Part shown: positions 61,321 through 64,000 of the stretch, piece after piece | Position numbering within the stretch: the first letter of the stretch is position 1 | Layout: each line of letters begins with the position of its first letter | NCBI RefSeq assembly: GCF_001447785.1 | Contig: NW_015164186.1 | Location: 717,781-781,780 of the forward strand | DNA length: 64,000 nucleotides | From: Gekko japonicus | Lineage: Eukaryota | Direction of reading: 5' to 3' | Made by a program: the position numbers and the translations under genes | Notes under the pieces: model-generated | The model's input: only the letters and a program-made list of their open reading frames with translations | Databases searched by the model: none | What the model was told of the DNA's origin: nothing

Positions 61321-64000
61321 AGTTCATAGGGAGGAAAATAATAAACGCCTGAATCGTTTCTGCATGCCTCTCTACTCTTCCTGCCGGTGCATTCATTTAA
61401 ATGCACTGTCGTTATTCAGTGACAGCACGGATTAGTGGGGCATGTAGTTCTCTACAGGGGAAACGGAAATCTCGTCATGGGATTTTTTCCTGCATTGCAA
61501 ATTGCAACCATAAACGGTTTACAATATGATTCTCCAAACCTATGGAGGATAGGACTGCTGGTATCTCACCCAGCGCTCATTTCTCTGAGTCTGAGATAAT
61601 ATTATAAATCAAGCCTCCCCTCCCCATTCATAAGAATAGACACTGAGCAACACCATTGGCCTAGCAATATCAATATTACCCTCGTTGAATAGCAGTAGCT
61701 CGCCAGAGCCTCCGGTATCTCTCTCTCACATCACTTACTACTAAAACTGCAATCTGGCCAGGTGGTAGTGGGGATGTCTATCCCTCTAACACATAGATTA
61801 ACCTGCAGAAAACAGCAGTTGAAGTTTTTCATGGCATGGAGCTAAACAGAATTGCCTGCTAACTGCTGCAGATCAAACTGATATTAAAGGGGCAGTTAGA
61901 AGGACCACCTTAAAAGCTGACAAATCTGCTGATTACCAAGTACTTTTAACTGGAGATGTTGGGAACTGATCAGTTGGGAACCACTGACCCACAGACCTCA
62001 TCCCTACAATTTATCATGAAAGACGATATTATGAAACCCTGGCTAGTACAGCTGCTGCCAAAAGCCTGGAGAAGAATGTCCTGTCCCTTTAATAGAGATT
62101 TAATGTATAGAAACCAGCAAGCTGAACGTTTTTCATGGCTTGGAGAGAAATTAACACAAAAAACAGCCCATTAAAACTCTATTAAAGAGACAAAACATGT
62201 CTTTCCAGGCTTGTTGGCAACTCTAAAAAAGGATGGGGGAGAAATAACAAGGAAAGGTCAGTGTAAAACAAGAACTATGTTGCTGTTTCCTGTTCGTCTG
62301 CACTGTGCACCAATGTGATGAACCTGCTCTATAGAGATCTTAAGAAGTAAACATGCACATAAAAGTTTATACCCTGAATAATAAATCTTCATTGGTCTTA
62401 AAGGTGCCACTGGACTCAAACTTTGTTCTATAGAGATCACTGTGAGGATTTTCAGACAGACGATATAATCTGGAAGAGGAATGGTTCCCAAAAGGTTTCT
62501 GGTCTGTCATTTCAGACAGAACTATTTTAGAACCGGTTCCCTACTGGAATATATTTGTAATTTCACACACAAACGCTACTGTCCCGTTTAGGAAACGGGG
62601 CTGAAGTGTTTGACCTGTCAACCGCTTCCAAGTAGTCTTCAGTTTCCTCTCCTGGTTCCAATGCACTTTATACCGCCGTTTTTCGCCCATGTGGGCGATC
62701 TCCAGGTTTTTTTTTTTAAACGTTCACTTTATAGCACTATAACGGTATACCGCTATAACGCAACAGCACTATATCACCCTCATTGGAATGCCTGGAGTGT
62801 TTCCTCCAAGCCTAGGGATTTGCTCAGGGCCCCAAAGGTCGTACAGTGTGCAAACAGCATGCTGGGCATAGAAAGAAAAAGAAACTGTGGAGATGCTTAA
62901 CTGATTTCCCACAAAGGGCAGAAGGTACCAAGCCTCCTATTCTGGGCCCTGAGAACAGCCACCCCGGGAGTCAGGCAGCAGGACACTCTCCCCTTTCTTT
63001 TATTTTGTGAGAGTGAAAGCTCTGTCTTTACAAGGCGTCAGCTTTTCACTCTCAGTGTTCATTCCAGGGTGCACTTACATTCAAGTCAGTGAGTCTAGAC
63101 ATGGCTTGCAATATAAATCAAATTTATTAACTTAAGGAGGGTTGCAAAGCATAAATCACTCAGTTACAGGCAAAAAGACATAAAACAAACAAACCCCACT
63201 ATTACTACATAAAATCTGCCTATCTGAAAACTTTAGAGCAGGGGTGTTGAACTAATTTGTTACGAAGGCCAGATCTGACATAAATTAGACCTTGTTGGGC
63301 CGGGCCATTTGTTTCATAAAATGTAATGCCAGGTAGTGGAGATATAAACTTTACAAAGGACATAAACACAAAGGTTTTTTAAACTTTAAATAAAACATGC
63401 AAAAACTCTTGCAATATTTTGTCTATTTAACAGTCTCTGATAACCGACACCTCTTGCTCTGAATTATTGCATCAAAATGTCTGTGCTATAGCAATCTTGA
63501 GTATGCTATTTAAGTGTTTATCTGTAAGCTGTGTGGCGGACTGGGCCTGCGCCAGCTGGCAGGCCCCGCTCTGCCCACCCCTCCTCTGCCTGACCTGGCA
63601 CCTGAAGGGGCAGTTTTTCTCCACTGCCTCTGGGTATTGCTGCCACCACTGTCTCTGTCTTGGTCTCTGCTTAGGTGGGACAGCCTCCTAACCTCCCTCT
63701 GGTCTTACTAGGAACCTGCCTTGGGGCTTCCTGGTAATCTTTGGGCTCCCCTGGAGAGTTGGCAACTGACCATTTTGCCCATTCTCCTCCGGGAGTCCCC
63801 AACCCACCCCTAGCATGTCCAAGCAGCTGGGGGAACTGCGCAGTACAGAGGACTTCTCACCGTCAACAGTTAAAGCATTTATTTGAAAACTCTTAACAAT
63901 TTACAGGCATCTCCACAGTGAACTGAAGAATCAAAATAAAGGTGACAAAACCGCTCCATCTCTCCCTTCTCTACACTCATGCTCTGTCTCGATGGTCTGC

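Overview
Vertebrate (squamate, most likely gecko; inferred from the repeat families) genomic DNA. Most of the window is the 5' half of a minus-strand FAM178B-like gene (SLF2/FAM178A paralogue, CANIN-domain family). I can rebuild a chain of exons with matching splice phases: 44887-43523, 18653-17162, 16465-16404, 15369-15250 and 9244-9089. Two candidate first coding exons lie at 57814-57419 and 49179-49110, and candidate promoters at ~61.1 kb and ~49.4 kb. The gene appears to continue beyond base 1. The predicted N-terminus is greatly expanded. One exon carries a 39-41-aa tandem repeat in which every unit has a PxVxL (HP1 chromoshadow-type) motif. Another carries a 50-aa acidic/Ser repeat and a frameshifting ~65-bp duplication over the conserved FPxDWxPP motif. 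The introns hold a degenerate full-length Gypsy chromovirus (31327-37758) with a Tf1/sushi-type self-priming PBS and a nested solo LTR. They also hold a near full-length CR1 with nested SINE and L2, further L2 and RTE-X fragments, five Sauria SINEs, 5S-derived SINEs, hAT MITEs and a 600-N gap. Family names and homology calls come from recalled motifs, not from database searches.
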